Source of the DNA: the human T2T-CHM13v2.0 reference genome, Homo sapiens
NCBI RefSeq assembly: GCF_009914755.1
Contig: NC_060928.1
Length of the DNA: 64,000 nt
Direction: 5' to 3' (one strand)
Shown here: positions 19,415 to 39,860 of the stretch, piece by piece
How the letters are laid out: every line of letters starts with the position of its first letter
Numbering within the stretch: the first letter of the stretch is position 1
The notes under the pieces: model-generated
Told to the model about the DNA's origin: nothing
What the model saw: only the letters and a program-made list of their open reading frames with translations
Database searches by the model: none
Program-made: the position numbers and the translations under genes

Positions 19415-20466
19415 TAATAGAGACGGGGTTTCTCCATGGGTCAGGCTGGTCTCCAACTCCCAAACTCAGGTGATCCGCCTGCCTCAGCCTCCCAAAGGGC
19501 TGCGATTACAGGCATGAGCTACTGGGAAGGTTTTCTAGTTTGGGTTGAAAACTAGAAATAAGTAAATAATTTAGGCAAACAATAAATATAGTACTTTACA
19601 AAATATTTGAAAAGTTCATTGTTCTTAGGTCCTTTCTTGCTTCCTTTGCAACTTTCTAATTCTATATTTTTGCTTTATCTTGGTTTTATCTACCAATCTA
19701 GAAGAATATCAAAGTTTAGGAAAATGGAGCATCTCATGAGCAGTATATTACTTTTCTTCTTACTGTAAAATATAGGTGTTGGAATTTTTTTTTTTTTTTG
19801 GAGACAGGATTTTGCTCTGTTGCCGAGGCTGGAGTGCAGTGGTGCAACGATGTGCACTGTTGCCTCAACTTCCCAGGCTTACACAATCTTCCCTCCACAG
19901 CCTACTGAGTAGCTGGGACTACAGGTGTGCACCACCACACCTGGCTAGATTTCAAAATTTTTTTGTAGAGACAGGGTCTCATTGTGTTGCCAGGGCTTGT
20001 CTTGCGCTCCTGGGCCCGAGCAGTCCTCCCGTCTTGGCCTCCCAAAGTGCTAGGATTACAATCATGAGCCACTGCGCCTGGCCAGGATTTTTTTTTTTTA
20101 AGAGACGAGGTCTCACTATGTTGACCAGGCTGGTTTCAGATTCCTGAGCTCAAGCAATCCTCCCTCCTCAGCGTCCCAAAGTGCTGGGATTGCAGATGTG
20201 AGCCACCACACCCAGCCTAGCCAGGATTTTTAATTAAATGTTATTTTACTATTGTGGATTCTACTTATTGTTATTGATGCCATGGGTGTTACAAAGAAAG
20301 ATGATGCCCCTGGTTCATTTCATGCTGATGTTAAGAAAATAAGTGGGCCCAGTGTGGTGGCTCACGCCTGTAATCCCAGCACTTTGGGAGGCCAAGATGG
20401 GCAGATCACCTGAGGTCAGGAGTTTGAGACCAGCCTGACCAACATGGAGAAACCCCGTCTCTACTA

Positions 20467-20622
<156 letters not shown>

Positions 20623-20790
20623 TCAAAAAAAAAAAAAAAAAAAAAGAAAGAAAATAAGTGACCTATAATATATTGCAAAAGGCAGTGAAGTCCTATCTGG
20701 GTGCAGTTGCTCATGCCTGTAATCTCAGGACTTTGAGAGGCTGAGATGGGAGGATTGCTTGAGCTCAGGAGTTCGAGACTAGCCTGGTCA

Positions 20791-21133
<343 letters not shown>

Positions 21134-21546
21134 TTAGCCGGGCAAGGAAGGTGGCCTGTGTGCCTGTGGTCCCAGCTACTCTAGAGGCTGCACTGGGTGG
21201 ATTACTTGAGCTGAGGAGATTGAGGCTGCAGTAAGCCATGATTGCCCCACTCGCACTCAAGCCTGGGCAACAGAGCAAGACCCTGTCTCAAAAAAAAAAA
21301 AAAAAAAGACAATGAAGTCTTGCATTCCAATGACATGCCACTGTTCTATTGCACTTTAATAAATGTATGCAAAAGATATATTGATGCTGTATATTTTAAC
21401 AATTCCAGAAAGACCCAGGGAATAAAATAATTAAAATTATCACCTAGAATTATTTTTCCTCATGCCATAGCATGTCATGCCACCCCCTGCCACTCTCTGA
21501 ATATGTCCAGAGTTGGCTTTTTTTTTTTTTTTTTTTTTTTTTTTGA

Positions 21547-21648
<102 letters not shown>

Positions 21649-21884
21649 TGAGTAGCTGGGACTACAGGCACCCGCCACCACGCCCGGCTAGTTTTTTGTA
21701 TTTTTAGTAGAGATGGGGTTTCTCCGTGTTAGCCAGGGTGGTCTCAATCTCCTGACCTCGTGATCTGCCCCTCGGCCTCCCAAAGTGCTGGGATTACAGG
21801 CGTGAGCCACCGCACCTGGCCTAAGAGTTGGCATCTTATTTGGAATATGTAACACTAATCAGAATTTTGGTAAAGAGTAATCTA

Positions 21885-22550
21885 TTCCATTTCCACTCCA
21901 ACTGGGTGTACTTCAGTTCCCAATTCTGACACTAACCACCTAGAATTAATGCAGACCCCACAAGTTAAGGGCTCAGTTCTTCAGATGCACTTCAGGGGTC
22001 TCCAGGCCTCTCATCCTTCTGACCGACTTGGCTAAAAATTTAGGAGCTCCTGAGAGCCCTGTGGGTCTATAATTTGCTAGAATGACTCAGAACTCAGGAA
22101 ACAGCTAAATTTATGATTATAGGTTATTATAAAGGATACAACTCAGGAACAGCCCAATGAAGAGAAACATGAGGCAAGGTATGGGAATGAATGTGGAACT
22201 ACCTGGCCTCTTCCTATGGACTCAGGGAGCATCTCCTTCCTGACGCACCAAGGTGTTCATCAACTAGAAAGCTCCACCAAGGTTTAGTGTCCATAATTTT
22301 TACTGGAGTTTCATTAATAGGCATGATTGATTGAATCTTTGGCCATGTGATTGAACTCACTTTCCAGCTCCCTTCCCCTCTGTGGAGGTCAGAGGGTCCC
22401 AAAGTTCCTTTCTGGTGGCCAGCCCTGATTCTGAAACTTTCAGGGGGCCCACAGGGAGTTGCTTGTTTAGCATAACAGACACTCATCACTTAAGAAATAC
22501 CAGGGGTTTTAGAAACTTCATGCCAGGAGCTGAGGTCAAAGACCAGATAT
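21885..22550 (-). mobile_element. MER21-family LTR fragment
   Basis: Motifs aattctgacactaaccacct, aatttgctagaatgactcagaactcaggaaa, ggcatgattgattgaatc. Confidence 0.6.
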
Positions 22551-23011
22551 ACTCTTTTTTTTTTTTTTTTTTTTTTTTTGAGACAGAGTCTCGCTCTGGC
22601 TAATTTTTGTGTATTTTTAGTAGAGACAGGGTTTCACCATGTTGGCCGGGCTGGTTTTGAACTCCTGACTTCAAGTGATCCACCTGCCTTGGCTTCTCAA
22701 AGTGCTGGGATTACAGGCGTGAGCCACCGTGCCTGGCCCAGATATACTCTTTATTATTCCAGAGTGACATGCCCTCTACAAGAAAAACACTAGTCAAGCA
22801 ATTTATATACTACATATACTTACATGATTGTAATTGCACTAAAGTAGAAAATATATAATTAAGACGCATTTCAGAAGTTAGTTTGCCTTTTACCATTTGT
22901 TTCATGATTAAAAAAATTCTAAGAGGCAAGTGTTTTTACTTTGTTTTGGTTTTTTTGTTGTTGTTTCTGACAAAGGTGTTAAGTGAATGAAAATATATAA
23001 ACATGATTTAG

Positions 23012-23352
<341 letters not shown>

Positions 23353-23531
23353 TAGACAAACTTTCAAAATTTGCTTATAAACAAATGTTTATTCAAGTCT
23401 GTGGAGTTTGGGGGTTTTTTTTTCCCCCTTACTGGTAGGAAAATGTGAAGAAAGTAAGTAACACCTGTTATTGAGGGTGTCAGCCCAGATACTCTACTCA
23501 AATGCTGAGAAGTATAATTGGTTTCTCTCAG

Positions 23532-23844
23532 TGTAGCAGACAGTTTCTAAGGTGGCCCTCAAGATCCTCAAATTCTGATGTTCATATTTTTGTGTGATCC
23601 CCTTCCTTGAGTTTGGGCAGAACCCATGATTTGCTTTCTAACCAGGCATATGGCAAAGGTGATTGGCTGTTATTCCCATGACGACATTATGTTATATGGC
23701 AAAGGTATGGCTCCTGTGGCTCACACTTATTTTCCTGCTGGCCTTGAAGAAATAGCTGCCATGTTGTGAACTTCCTATGAAGAGAGCCATGTGACAGGGG
23801 GCTGTGGATAGCCTCCAGGAGCAGAGGCTGGCCTCTGGCTGATG

Positions 23845-23882
<38 letters not shown>

Positions 23883-24060
23883 AGCTCATAGTCCCACAGC
23901 CACACACAAAAAAAATGAATTCTGCCTTCAACCTGAGTAAGCGTGGAAGTGAGTTCTTGTCTCTTCAAGCCTACAGATGAAAATGAAGCCCAGCTGACAC
24001 CTTGATTGAAGCCAGATGAGGTTCTGAAGCAGAAAACCCAACTAGGCTGGGTTCTTGGAA
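23532..24060 (+). mobile_element. MLT1E/F-like MaLR LTR
   Basis: Motifs ctaaggtggccctc, cctgctggccttgaagaa, gaattctgccttcaacctgagt. Confidence 0.6.
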
Positions 24061-24808
24061 GATAATCCTCAAGGAAAAGGGAAGAAGATGGAGGAAACAA
24101 ACTAGATGCAAGAGATTTGTTCTTCAAATTATATTCTTTAAAGGTCTTAGTTATTAAAAGCTTCCAACTATTTAAATTATGCAATGGTCTTTTTTGAAGA
24201 GAATATTAACCTTAAGTTCTGTTTTGTTTTTTTTTTTTTTTTTTTTTTGAGACAGAGTCTTACTCTGTCGCCCACGCTGGAGAGCAATAGCACTATCATA
24301 GCTCACTGCCACCTCACTCTCCTGGGCTCAAGCTATCCTCCTACCTCAGCCTTTTGAGTAGCTGGGACTACAGGCGCACACCACTATGGACCACTGCACC
24401 CAACTGTATTATTTTTGTGTGTGATAAGGTCTCACTGTGTCACCCTGGCCTGGAGTGCAGTAGCCATGATCTTGGCTCACTGTAGCCTCTGCCTACTCAG
24501 TTCAAGCAATCCTCCCACCTCAGCCTCCTAAGTAGCTGGAACCACAGCCATGCACCACCACATCTGGCTAATTTTTTGTATTTATTGTAGAAATGGAATT
24601 TCACCATGTTGCCCAGGCTGGTCTTGAACTCCTGGGCTCAAGCTATCCACCCGTGTCAGCCTCCCAAAGTGCAGGATTACAGGTGTGAGCCATGGCATCT
24701 GGCAAGTTCTGTTCTGAGATAAATAGTGAACTACTTCTGGCTGGGCGCAGTGGCTCACACTTGTAATCCCAGCACTTTGGGAGGCTGAGGAGGGTAGAGG
24801 GTGGATCA

Positions 24809-25060
<252 letters not shown>

Positions 25061-25169
25061 CTACTGCTTACTGACAAAGTTGTCAAAAGGAAAAGAAAGC
25101 ATCAATTTACTTCCCCTCAAAATTTTATTTGGAGACTCAACCCCAAATTCTATTTTGTTTTCTCAGTTT

Positions 25170-25630
25170 TTTTTCTTGTGGTAAAATACAGTAACAAAAT
25201 TTACCATCTTAATAATTTTAACTCTATAGTTCAAAGGTAAGTATATTTATATTGTTGCGCAACTGTATCACCACCATCCATCTCCAGTTTTCTTCTTGCA
25301 AAACTGAAACTCTATACCCATTAAACAGTAGCCTCCCCCTTTTCCCATCCCCCCAGTACTGGGCAACCATCCTTCTACTTTCTGCTTCTATGAATCTGAC
25401 TACTCTAGGTATCTTGTTTAAATTGAATCATACAATATTTGTCTTTTTGTGGCTGACTAATTTCACTTAGCGTAATGTCCTCTGAGTTCATCCATGTTGT
25501 ATCATGTGCCAGAAGTTCCTTCCTTTGTATGACTGAATATATTCCTATTGTGTGTGTGTTTGTGGTTGTTTGTATGTACATACTTTGCTTATCCATTCAT
25601 CTGCCAATGGACACTAAAAGCTCCCACCTT
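25170..25630 (-). mobile_element. L1MB-type 3' end
   Basis: Antisense L1 3'UTR motifs (aaatttaccatctt, aactgaaactctatacccattaaac, ttcatccatgttgta). Confidence 0.8.
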
Positions 25631-25821
25631 TTATGTATTTATTTATAACCTAGGAAGTGAAGAAGCTTCTGCCAAATTCTAAATTTTATGGAGGAAAACA
25701 AATCATGGCTGATTAGATAACTAGTGTTTACTTTAGATAGAATATTAATTTTAGGTCTACTTTATGGCATATAGAATTTTTTTAAATCAATATTTGCATT
25801 ATATTTATGCCCATTTTATAG

Positions 25822-25983
<162 letters not shown>

Positions 25984-26246
25984 TGAGTATCTGGGATTAC
26001 AGACATGTGCTGCCACACCCAGCTAATTTTTGTATTTTTAGTAGAGATGGGGTTTTGCCATGTTAGCCAGGCTGGTCTTGAACTCAAGTGATCCGCCTGC
26101 CTCAGCCTCCTAAAGTGTTGGGATTACAGGCATGAACCACCACGTCTGGCCTGTAATTTTAATCTAGTGATTTATAGTTGTATCTTTACATTTATAACAT
26201 TAGTGTTATATTTGTGTCATACCTATGATTTATTTGATTTTCTAAC

Positions 26247-26625
26247 CCAGGGGTCAGGAAGCTATGGCCTATTGTTCAACCTGCCTGTTTTTCTATGTCT
26301 TTCAAGTTAAGAATAGATTTTACAGGTGAACATTTGTACCCAATTTCATTATGGGGTACTAACTTTGAATCTCAATTAAGCAAACGCCCAAGAAAAAAAA
26401 AGTTTATTCTTCTCATTAATTATACATTACAAAAAATTATACTCAGTTATTTTTATGACATTTTGAATTTCCTCAATGCAAAAAATGTGACTCTGAAATG
26501 AAAAAAATGAAAAAAATGTTATCTGAAATACCTACATAATATCCTTAATTTTGCCTCTTGTCCTACAAGGCCTATCATATATACTGTTCAGCCTTTTGTG
26601 GAAAAACTTTGCAGGGTCTCTCCTC
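26247..26625. mobile_element. hAT-Charlie (MER58-like) DNA transposon relic
   Basis: caggggtcagg...ctatggcc start and ...gccttttgtggaaaaactttgc end resemble MER58 termini. Confidence 0.5.
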
Positions 26626-26887
26626 TAGTCTTTTTATAGCATTCTTTTCAGATACTATTTGGAAACATATTAAAATGGAAACTAAAATTTTATGTTTATA
26701 TCATCTATTTATTGTTTTTCCATGAGGAATTCTACTAGGTATCCTACCAGTCATTGGATATACTTAGTATAAGTTGTTTTTAAAATATCCTTTAGCCAGG
26801 CGCTGTGGCTCACGTCCGTAATCCCAGCACTTTGGAAGACCAAGGCGGGCGGATCACAAGGTCAGGAGATCAAGACCATCCTGGCTA

Positions 26888-27088
<201 letters not shown>

Positions 27089-27345
27089 CTAATTAAATAA
27101 TAAAATATCCTTTAGTTTTTGTGTACCTTAAAATCAATATTTTCTCCCAATTAGGTATATTATTAAGGCTGTTTTGGAAAAATGTTATTCAGGTATAATC
27201 AGAAATCTGTTTAAAAAAAAAACAAGCTGGGCGTGGTGGCTCACGCCTGTAATCCCAGCCCTTTGGGAGGCTGAGGCAGGTGGATCACCTGAGGTCGGGA
27301 GTTCGAGACCAGCCTGACCAACATGGAGAAACCCTGTCTCTACTA

Positions 27346-27504
<159 letters not shown>

Positions 27505-28829
27505 TCAAAAAATAAAAATAAAAAATAAATTTAAAAATCTGTTTTAAAGACAGTTATAAAAATATTTAGGGTAATACAGATTGAAAAGCTTAATCCTATA
27601 AAGGTAGTAACATGCATAGAACTTTCTTTATGATTTTTCATCTTGGGTTTCTGATAGGCTTAACTTTGAAGAAATTAGAGGAGTGGCATAGTATAGTAGA
27701 AAGATGCATATTGCATTACAAACGAATAAGTCTCTGCTAAATGTTTGATGCATTCATTTCCAATTCTAATACAAAACTTGCAGGACAGAAGAAACATTTA
27801 GAATAAATTTTTTTTTTATGAATTAGTAATAAGCATCTAAGTAGAAAACACAAAGAAAAGGAATCTTATGGTAGTTATCACAAATACTAAATAATTTATT
27901 AGTAGCAGAATTTGTGTAGTAAAGATACTTAAAGGATAGCATAAACATTAACTGAGAAAATAAATAAAACTGGATTAATGAATAAATAGGTATATCTCTT
28001 GATGAGAAGACTAAAACTCACAATGCTATTGAGTTAATATATGGATTGAACACTCTATTAAATAATTACATTGCCAGTGGTGTATTTTATGTCATGACAT
28101 AAACTGAATATATATGGAAAACTCATTGTAGAATTTTAAACATGAAAACAACAGTTGTAGTTTATAAGAGCTATTTGAAAGAAATTTAAAACAATATAGA
28201 TTTTAGAACTTAATCCAAGTTTATGAAAGACTTCTAGATTTTTATTTTTGAAAATTTTTGTGGGTACATAGTAGGTGTATGGATTTATAGATTTCTAGAT
28301 TTTAAAAATAGGAATTAGAAAACAGTAGAGAGAAAATGTTCCTGGAAAAATGGTTAGTAAAGAGAAGAAAAATACTCCATTTTACAATGACCGCCAATGA
28401 GAAGAAGGAATTTAATATTTTAAAGAACTAAATTTGAATACTTTTACAGCGTATTGAGGAGTTCTGCTGGATGTGATGAGATGGATTGGTTGATTATATA
28501 AACATTTAAGCATACAGAATACATGTAAATATAATTTGTAAAATTAATGGAATGGTAGAAGCTTTTTGGTATAAATCTGATAAAGACTTAAAATCCTGAT
28601 TCTGTACTAGGTGTAGCATTTAAATTTTCAAAGAGCTGTTTAAGTGCCTTCTATATACTAATTTAAATTGCATACCAATTATTTGAGGTAAGTATTATCA
28701 TTACTTCCATTTTACAGATGAATTACAAAAAGGCTAAGTGACTTGTTAAAAGTCTTATAGTAAGAATTTGACCCAATTTGGCTCTAGAGTCTGTTCTCTT
28801 AGCCACAGTGATATATCACATATTAAATA

Positions 28830-29065
28830 CAGATGCTCCTCAGCTTATGATATGGTTACATCCTGATAAACCCCACTGTAAATAGAAAATATTGTTAAGT
28901 TGAAAATGCACTTAACACTCCAACGAACCCACTGTAAAGTTGAAAAATCGTAAGTTGAACCACTGTAAGTCTAAATGTTCCTCAGTTTATGATGAGGTTA
29001 CATTGTATAAATTCATCATAAAGTTGAAACATCAACTTTATGGTAAGTATGTAAGTCAAACTGTT
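28830..29065 (+). mobile_element. MER47/Tigger5-family TcMar relic
   Basis: TA|cagatgctcctc...ggttacatcctgataaaccc terminus. Confidence 0.7.
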
Positions 29066-29307
29066 TATTCAAAGTAAATGTAAAATAGCTAAATGTGAAC
29101 AACCTACAGAATCAATAAAAAACAACAAACCAAATATTTATCATCATAATAAATATAAATGTCCTAAATTTACCTGTTAAAAAGATGAGGTGGATCTGTA
29201 TACCCTGAATTTGAAAGAGCTTTGCAGCTGTTTATAAACAAGAGGAGGAATAGCACTGAAAAAATAATTAGTAGTTACTCTCTTCCAAGTTTAAAAAACA
29301 CCAAAAA

Positions 29308-30884
<1,577 letters not shown>

Positions 30885-31177
30885 GTGATTGGAAGGGGAT
30901 TATTTTCTCCATTTTTACTATACATACCTTCATATTGTTGAATTTAAAAATTTTACAGTGAGCATTTTTTAATTTAAAAACAGTATTTAATTTTTTTTTC
31001 TTGCCTTTCCCTTATATGAATTATCTGTACCTGTGCTTTACCCACTGGGTAGATAATTTTCAACAAATCTCATTGGAACATAGTAATGGGTAGATTTCAA
31101 GAGGTGTATGATTTTAATGAGATTTGCAATTTAAAGACTTGGGTGCTCCTTTTCATGTAGCTATTGGCTTAAATACT

Positions 31178-31329
31178 TACAGTCTCTAACTTATGGTGGT
31201 TTGACTTACGATTGTTTCAACTTGACCATAGGTTTGTCAGGGTATTAAATGTATATTCCACGTATGATATTTTTTTACTTATGATGGGTTTATTGGGATG
31301 CAATCCCATTGTAGGTCGAGGAGCATCTG
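31178..31329 (-). mobile_element. MER47/Tigger5-family TcMar relic
   Basis: Ends ...gtcgaggagcatctg|TA. Confidence 0.7.
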
Positions 31330-32439
31330 TATTTTTGGTACCTCTTCAAAGATTTTTTTAAATTACCAAAAGAGCCCTTTAGTTGTTAGCACATTGCCTT
31401 GTTTCATTTTCATCATAGTGTTATTCTACTCTTATTTTGATAGTTAGATAGATTTTTTAATTTTTAATTATTTTCCCTCCACTAAAATATAAGATCAATG
31501 AGAACAAGACCATTCCTTTGTCATTTTTGTGGCACAGGGCCTAAAATAATGATTGGAATATAATAAGCAGTTAATAAATATTTGTTGAATGAAAAAAATC
31601 ATACATATTCTTAGAAGTGCAGGAACTTATTAACCCACCCAGGGATGGTTCATCTATGGTGAACTGCACTCAACACTGGATGGATGATAATTTATAGGAA
31701 TCTAGTAATTAATACCAGTTTATGTATAGTGGTAGACACAAATAGTATAATAAAACTGTATATGCAATACATTTTTTTGAACATTATTGTGTCAAAACCC
31801 CACATTTATCAAAGAGCCATTGAAGAGCACATGGAAACTGGGAAAAAGAGAGATGGGTGCTATTAAAAAAACACTTAATCCTATACTCTGGCCATACGTT
31901 GTCTTGTCTGACAAGTACATTAGCTAGTAAATGTTTCTTCTTGGTACTGAGAATTATGAGAGGCAGTATGAAAGACTTGGTTTTGCTAGTCCAACCATAA
32001 AATCAACTTAAATGCCAGCCCAATTGATGGTGGGTTACATTCTACACGTAGGCAAACAGAGGAATATTAAGTTGGTCTTGCAGGTTATTAAAAAATGAAA
32101 AAGTAAAAATAGAAGATAAAAGGGATGGTTTCAAAAAAATCTGAAGCAATGGATAAGTATTTCTTAAAGCCCATTGATGGAAATGCAGATTTCCTAAGAT
32201 CTGAGAAAAAATAAAAAACAATTGAAAAAGGAAATGCAGATTTTCATTTTTCATTTATTTAAGTAGAGTAAACCCTGAATCTGAATCAGGTTTCACCCGC
32301 AAATCAAAACCATACCATTCAGTTTGACAAGATAGAGGTAGATACTTAAAAATCTTTAGAAATACTTGAGAAGATAGATAAATGGTATAAAAGTAGTAGC
32401 AGTGATTATTTATTATTTTTCATTCACTGTAGTATAGTA

Positions 32440-32690
32440 GAGGGGAGTGTAGTGTGGTAGTTAGATGTTGAGCTGTGTACCTGGGATTGAATCTTAGCTA
32501 TGTTTCCCACTAGCTGTGTGACCTTGGGTAAATTATACTCTCTATGCCTCAGTTTTCTTGTCTGTGTAATTGGGATAATAAATCCTTCCTCAAAATTGTT
32601 GGTAGGTTTAATGAGAACCTGCGTGTGTGTTTGTAGTTCTTAAAATAGTGGTGCCTGGCAGATAATACACTATCACATATTATCCCCTAC
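32440..32690. mobile_element. MIR (further MIR-like pieces at ~16300-16440, 17270-17640, 28640-28810, 42050-42225, 60060-60235)
   Basis: Core ctagctgtgtgaccttgggtaaatta...tgcctcagttttctt. Confidence 0.7.
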
Positions 32691-32950
32691 TATTTTTATC
32701 CAGCAAATAGAGGGTACTTATTTCAGCAACTGTACTGAGGATGGGAAGATCCTACCCTAGAGAAATTCACAGTTCAGTGAAGTTCAAAGGTGTACATCTT
32801 CTCTATTTTCAACTCAGCTCTTTTTTTTCCCCCAAATCTTGTATTTTGTTTCCAAAGGAATTAATTCGTCTCAATCTTTAATTTTACATGATAGTCAAAG
32901 AAATGGTTAGAAAATTGACCTGCTACCTTGAAACAAATAAAATATTTTAA

Positions 32951-34470
<1,520 letters not shown>

Positions 34471-34734
34471 TGAGAGAAACACAGTTATAGGAATTGTGGT
34501 TTGACATAAATATGTCTAAGAATAGATTACATATTGGAGTATAACAACAATAAACACTAAAATATGAGTGCCGTATGGATTTTTCATTTCATATTTAAAG
34601 AATACTATTTGTGGGCCAGGTGTGGTGGCTCACGCCTGTAATCCCAGCACTTTGGGAGGCGGAGGCGGGTGGATCACCTGAGGTTGGGAGTTCAGACCAG
34701 CCTGACCAACATGGAGAAACCCCGTCTCTGCTTA

Positions 34735-34896
<162 letters not shown>

Positions 34897-35898
34897 TCAA
34901 AAATAAATAAATAAATAAATAATACTATTTGTGCGTTAACTGGATGTTTTTAATAACTATGTTCACATATATTGGAAGCATATGTTTATTACTTGCCTAA
35001 ATATATAGAGAAGTATTTAGGCTGGATATTTCTGGACCTCATTTTCTGTCTTTAGGCTCAGGAGGGTTAAACCACTCAACATTACAGAACAATAGTGAGT
35101 ATTAAAGGGGAATAATCTAGTTGGAGAATCAGCACATAAGAAATTATTAACAAACAACTGTTAAATAACACCAGGAAAAATATTATGGGATACAGTTAAT
35201 TCCTGAGAGAATGGTAGAAAGAAAATGCTATAAAATTAGAGAAGGCAAGGATGTTTTTGTAATCTTTTTTTTTTAAGGAGGCACCTGGTTTTCTGTAAAA
35301 TATTTCTAGGTTTATGTAATTGCATACTTGGAGGTATTGTTGGAGAGGGGATACAAATGGGCAAGTTTCACACATCCCTCACTCGCCTTCAAGCAAAGTA
35401 ACTGTACTTGCATCTCATATGTTTTGGATATCTTTCAGATTTCTCTTTTCAAAAGAGTTCGACTGCTAAGAACAAAATTTTATAGATTGAAAACTCCTCC
35501 TCTATATCATAGAAGTTCTTTCTGTATCTTCTGAATTAATAACATTTCTCCCTGACCCTCAAATTTTGCTAAATATTTTTATCTTCTTTATTTTTTTCTA
35601 TTAAAAAATTATAAACTTAAAACAAAAAAATTTAAAACATACCAAGTTAAAAAAAAATCTCCTTTAATCTCTGCCACTTTCCACCACCTAATTCCATTTC
35701 CCTCCCAAGAGTGAATTGCTGTTAAGATTTTGGAATGCATTCTTACTGATCTACTACCCTTAGTTTTTAAAAATTGAGATAAAGATACCCCAGCACTTTG
35801 GGAGGCCAAGGCGGGCAGATCGTGAGGTGAAGAGATCGAGACCATCCTGGCCAACATGGTGAAACCCCATCTCTACTAAAAAAAAAATACAAAAATTA

Positions 35899-36960
<1,062 letters not shown>

Positions 36961-37170
36961 AATTTTAAAATCCATGTTATGTATAATATGTGTAATTCTA
37001 AAATTGTTTATTCTTACCAAGTTGCCAGCTATCAGAACACTAATTTGTTGCATTATTTTTCCCTTTAACATTAGTTTGTTCTGCTTCCTTTATTAATAAT
37101 TAATAATGGGCTGGGTGCCGTGCCTCACACCTGTAATATCAGCACTTTGGGAGGCCGAGGCAGTGGATCA

Positions 37171-37791
<621 letters not shown>

Positions 37792-38664
37792 TTATGCTAA
37801 TAGGCATAAAAAACTAAATTGGAACGTTTTTTTGGATTAAAAATTCAGTTTTATAGAGATATTATGTCTCCTTAATCATTTTTTAAAATGCAATGCAATT
37901 TCAATTAAAGTATTGAACATAGAACCTAGATCCATACAAGCATCCTAAAATTATTTTGAGAAAATACTTGAGAGTACAATCAGATCAGGAATACTCTGGT
38001 AAGGAAGAGTAGTAAACAAAGACTAGTTCAGTCATATAACAATGAGTATTAAAATGCTGCAGTTGTCAACACAGCGTGATATTGGTGGAGAAGTAAAAGA
38101 TAGGCAAATAAGACCTAATGAAGGATTGAAAATAACTTGTAGAAATATATGGATATTTAGTACATGATAATAGTAGCGTTTTAAGTCAGTTGCAAAAATA
38201 TGTGGGTTATTTAATAGATGACATTTGTCCAACTGACTACAAAAAAAATTTTTGGTTTTTTTGTAAACAAAATACTGTTTTGTTTTGAGACAGAGTCTCA
38301 CTCTGTCACCCAGGCTGCACTGCAGTGGTGTAATCATGGCTCACTGCAGCTGTGACCTCCTGGACTCAGGTGATCCTCCCACCTCAGCCTCCCACGTAGC
38401 TGGGACCACAACCACATGCCACCACGTTCAGCTAATTTTTGTATTTTTTGTAGAGACAGAGTTTTTGCCATGTTGCTCAGGCTGATCTTGAATTCCTGGG
38501 CTCGAGAGATCTGCCCACCTTGGCCTCCCAGAGTGCTGAGATTACAGGTGTGAGCCATTGTGCCTGGCCTGATAATGGGTTTTTTAAGTTGTTTTTAATT
38601 CAAATCAGAAACAAAAACATATCTGTGGATGATATGGCCACCGTGCCTGGCCAACATTTTACAT

Positions 38665-39620
38665 TTTTCAAAAGAAGACATACACATGGCCAACCAGGTA
38701 TATGAAAAAAATGCTCAGCATCACTAATCATCAGAGAAATGCAAATCAAAATTACAGTGATATATCATTTACCCTAGTTAAAATGGCTTTTATCCAAAAG
38801 ACAGGCAGTATTGAAAGCTGGTGAGGATCTGGAGAAAAAGAGGAAACCTCGTACAGTGTTGGTGGGAATGTAAGTTAGTACGACCACTGCGGAGAACAGT
38901 ATGGAACTTCCTCAAAAGCCAAAACTGGAACTACCATATGACCCAGCAATCCCCCCACTGGGTATATATGAAAAAGAAAGGAAATCACTGTATCAAAGTG
39001 ATATCGGCACTCCCATATTTATTGTAGCACTATTCGTAGTAGCCAAGATGCGGAATCAACCTAAGTGTTCATCAGCAGATGAATGGATAAAGAAAATGTA
39101 CAAATATGCAGTGAAATATTATTGAACCATAAAAAAGAATGAAATATTGTCATTTGCAACAACATGGGTGGAACTGAAGGACATCGCGTTAAGTAAAATA
39201 AGCCAGGCACAGAAGGACAAATTTCATGTGTTTTCACTCATATGTGGGAGCTGAATATTTTTACAAATTGAACTCATGAAGAATAGATTGATGATTATCA
39301 GAGGTTAAGAAAAGTAGCAGGGAGGGGAAGATAAAGTGGAGATGATTAATTGGTGCAAATGTACAGTCAGATAGAATCAATAAGATCTAGTATTTGATAG
39401 CATAATAGAGTCACTATAATTAACAATAATTTATTGTATATTTTGAAATAAGAGTGGAATTGGAATGTTCCTAACACAAGGAAATGATAAATGCTTCAGG
39501 TGATGGATACCCCAATTACCCTGATTTGATCATTACAACTCGTATGCCTGTATCAAAACATCACATGTACCCCATAATACATTCAATGATTATGCACACA
39601 AAATAATTTAAAATAAAGTA
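38665..39620 (+). mobile_element. L1MA-type 3' end (ORF2 C-terminus, 3'UTR and A tail)
   Basis: Typical motifs gaaatgcaaatcaaaa, ELPYDPAIPPLGIY, atgtttcctaacac-like 3'UTR and terminal aaataaa. Confidence 0.85.
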
Positions 39621-39758
39621 CAGTGGCATAAAAAGTTTACATAGTAGGTGCTGAAAACATGATTTTAATTGGATAGAACTTTTTATTAGAAGAACATCCA
39701 TGACAGACCAAGATATCTTAGTTTTCTTGCATACATCTTGGTTTTGATTTTCTTTTAG

Positions 39759-39860
<102 letters not shown>

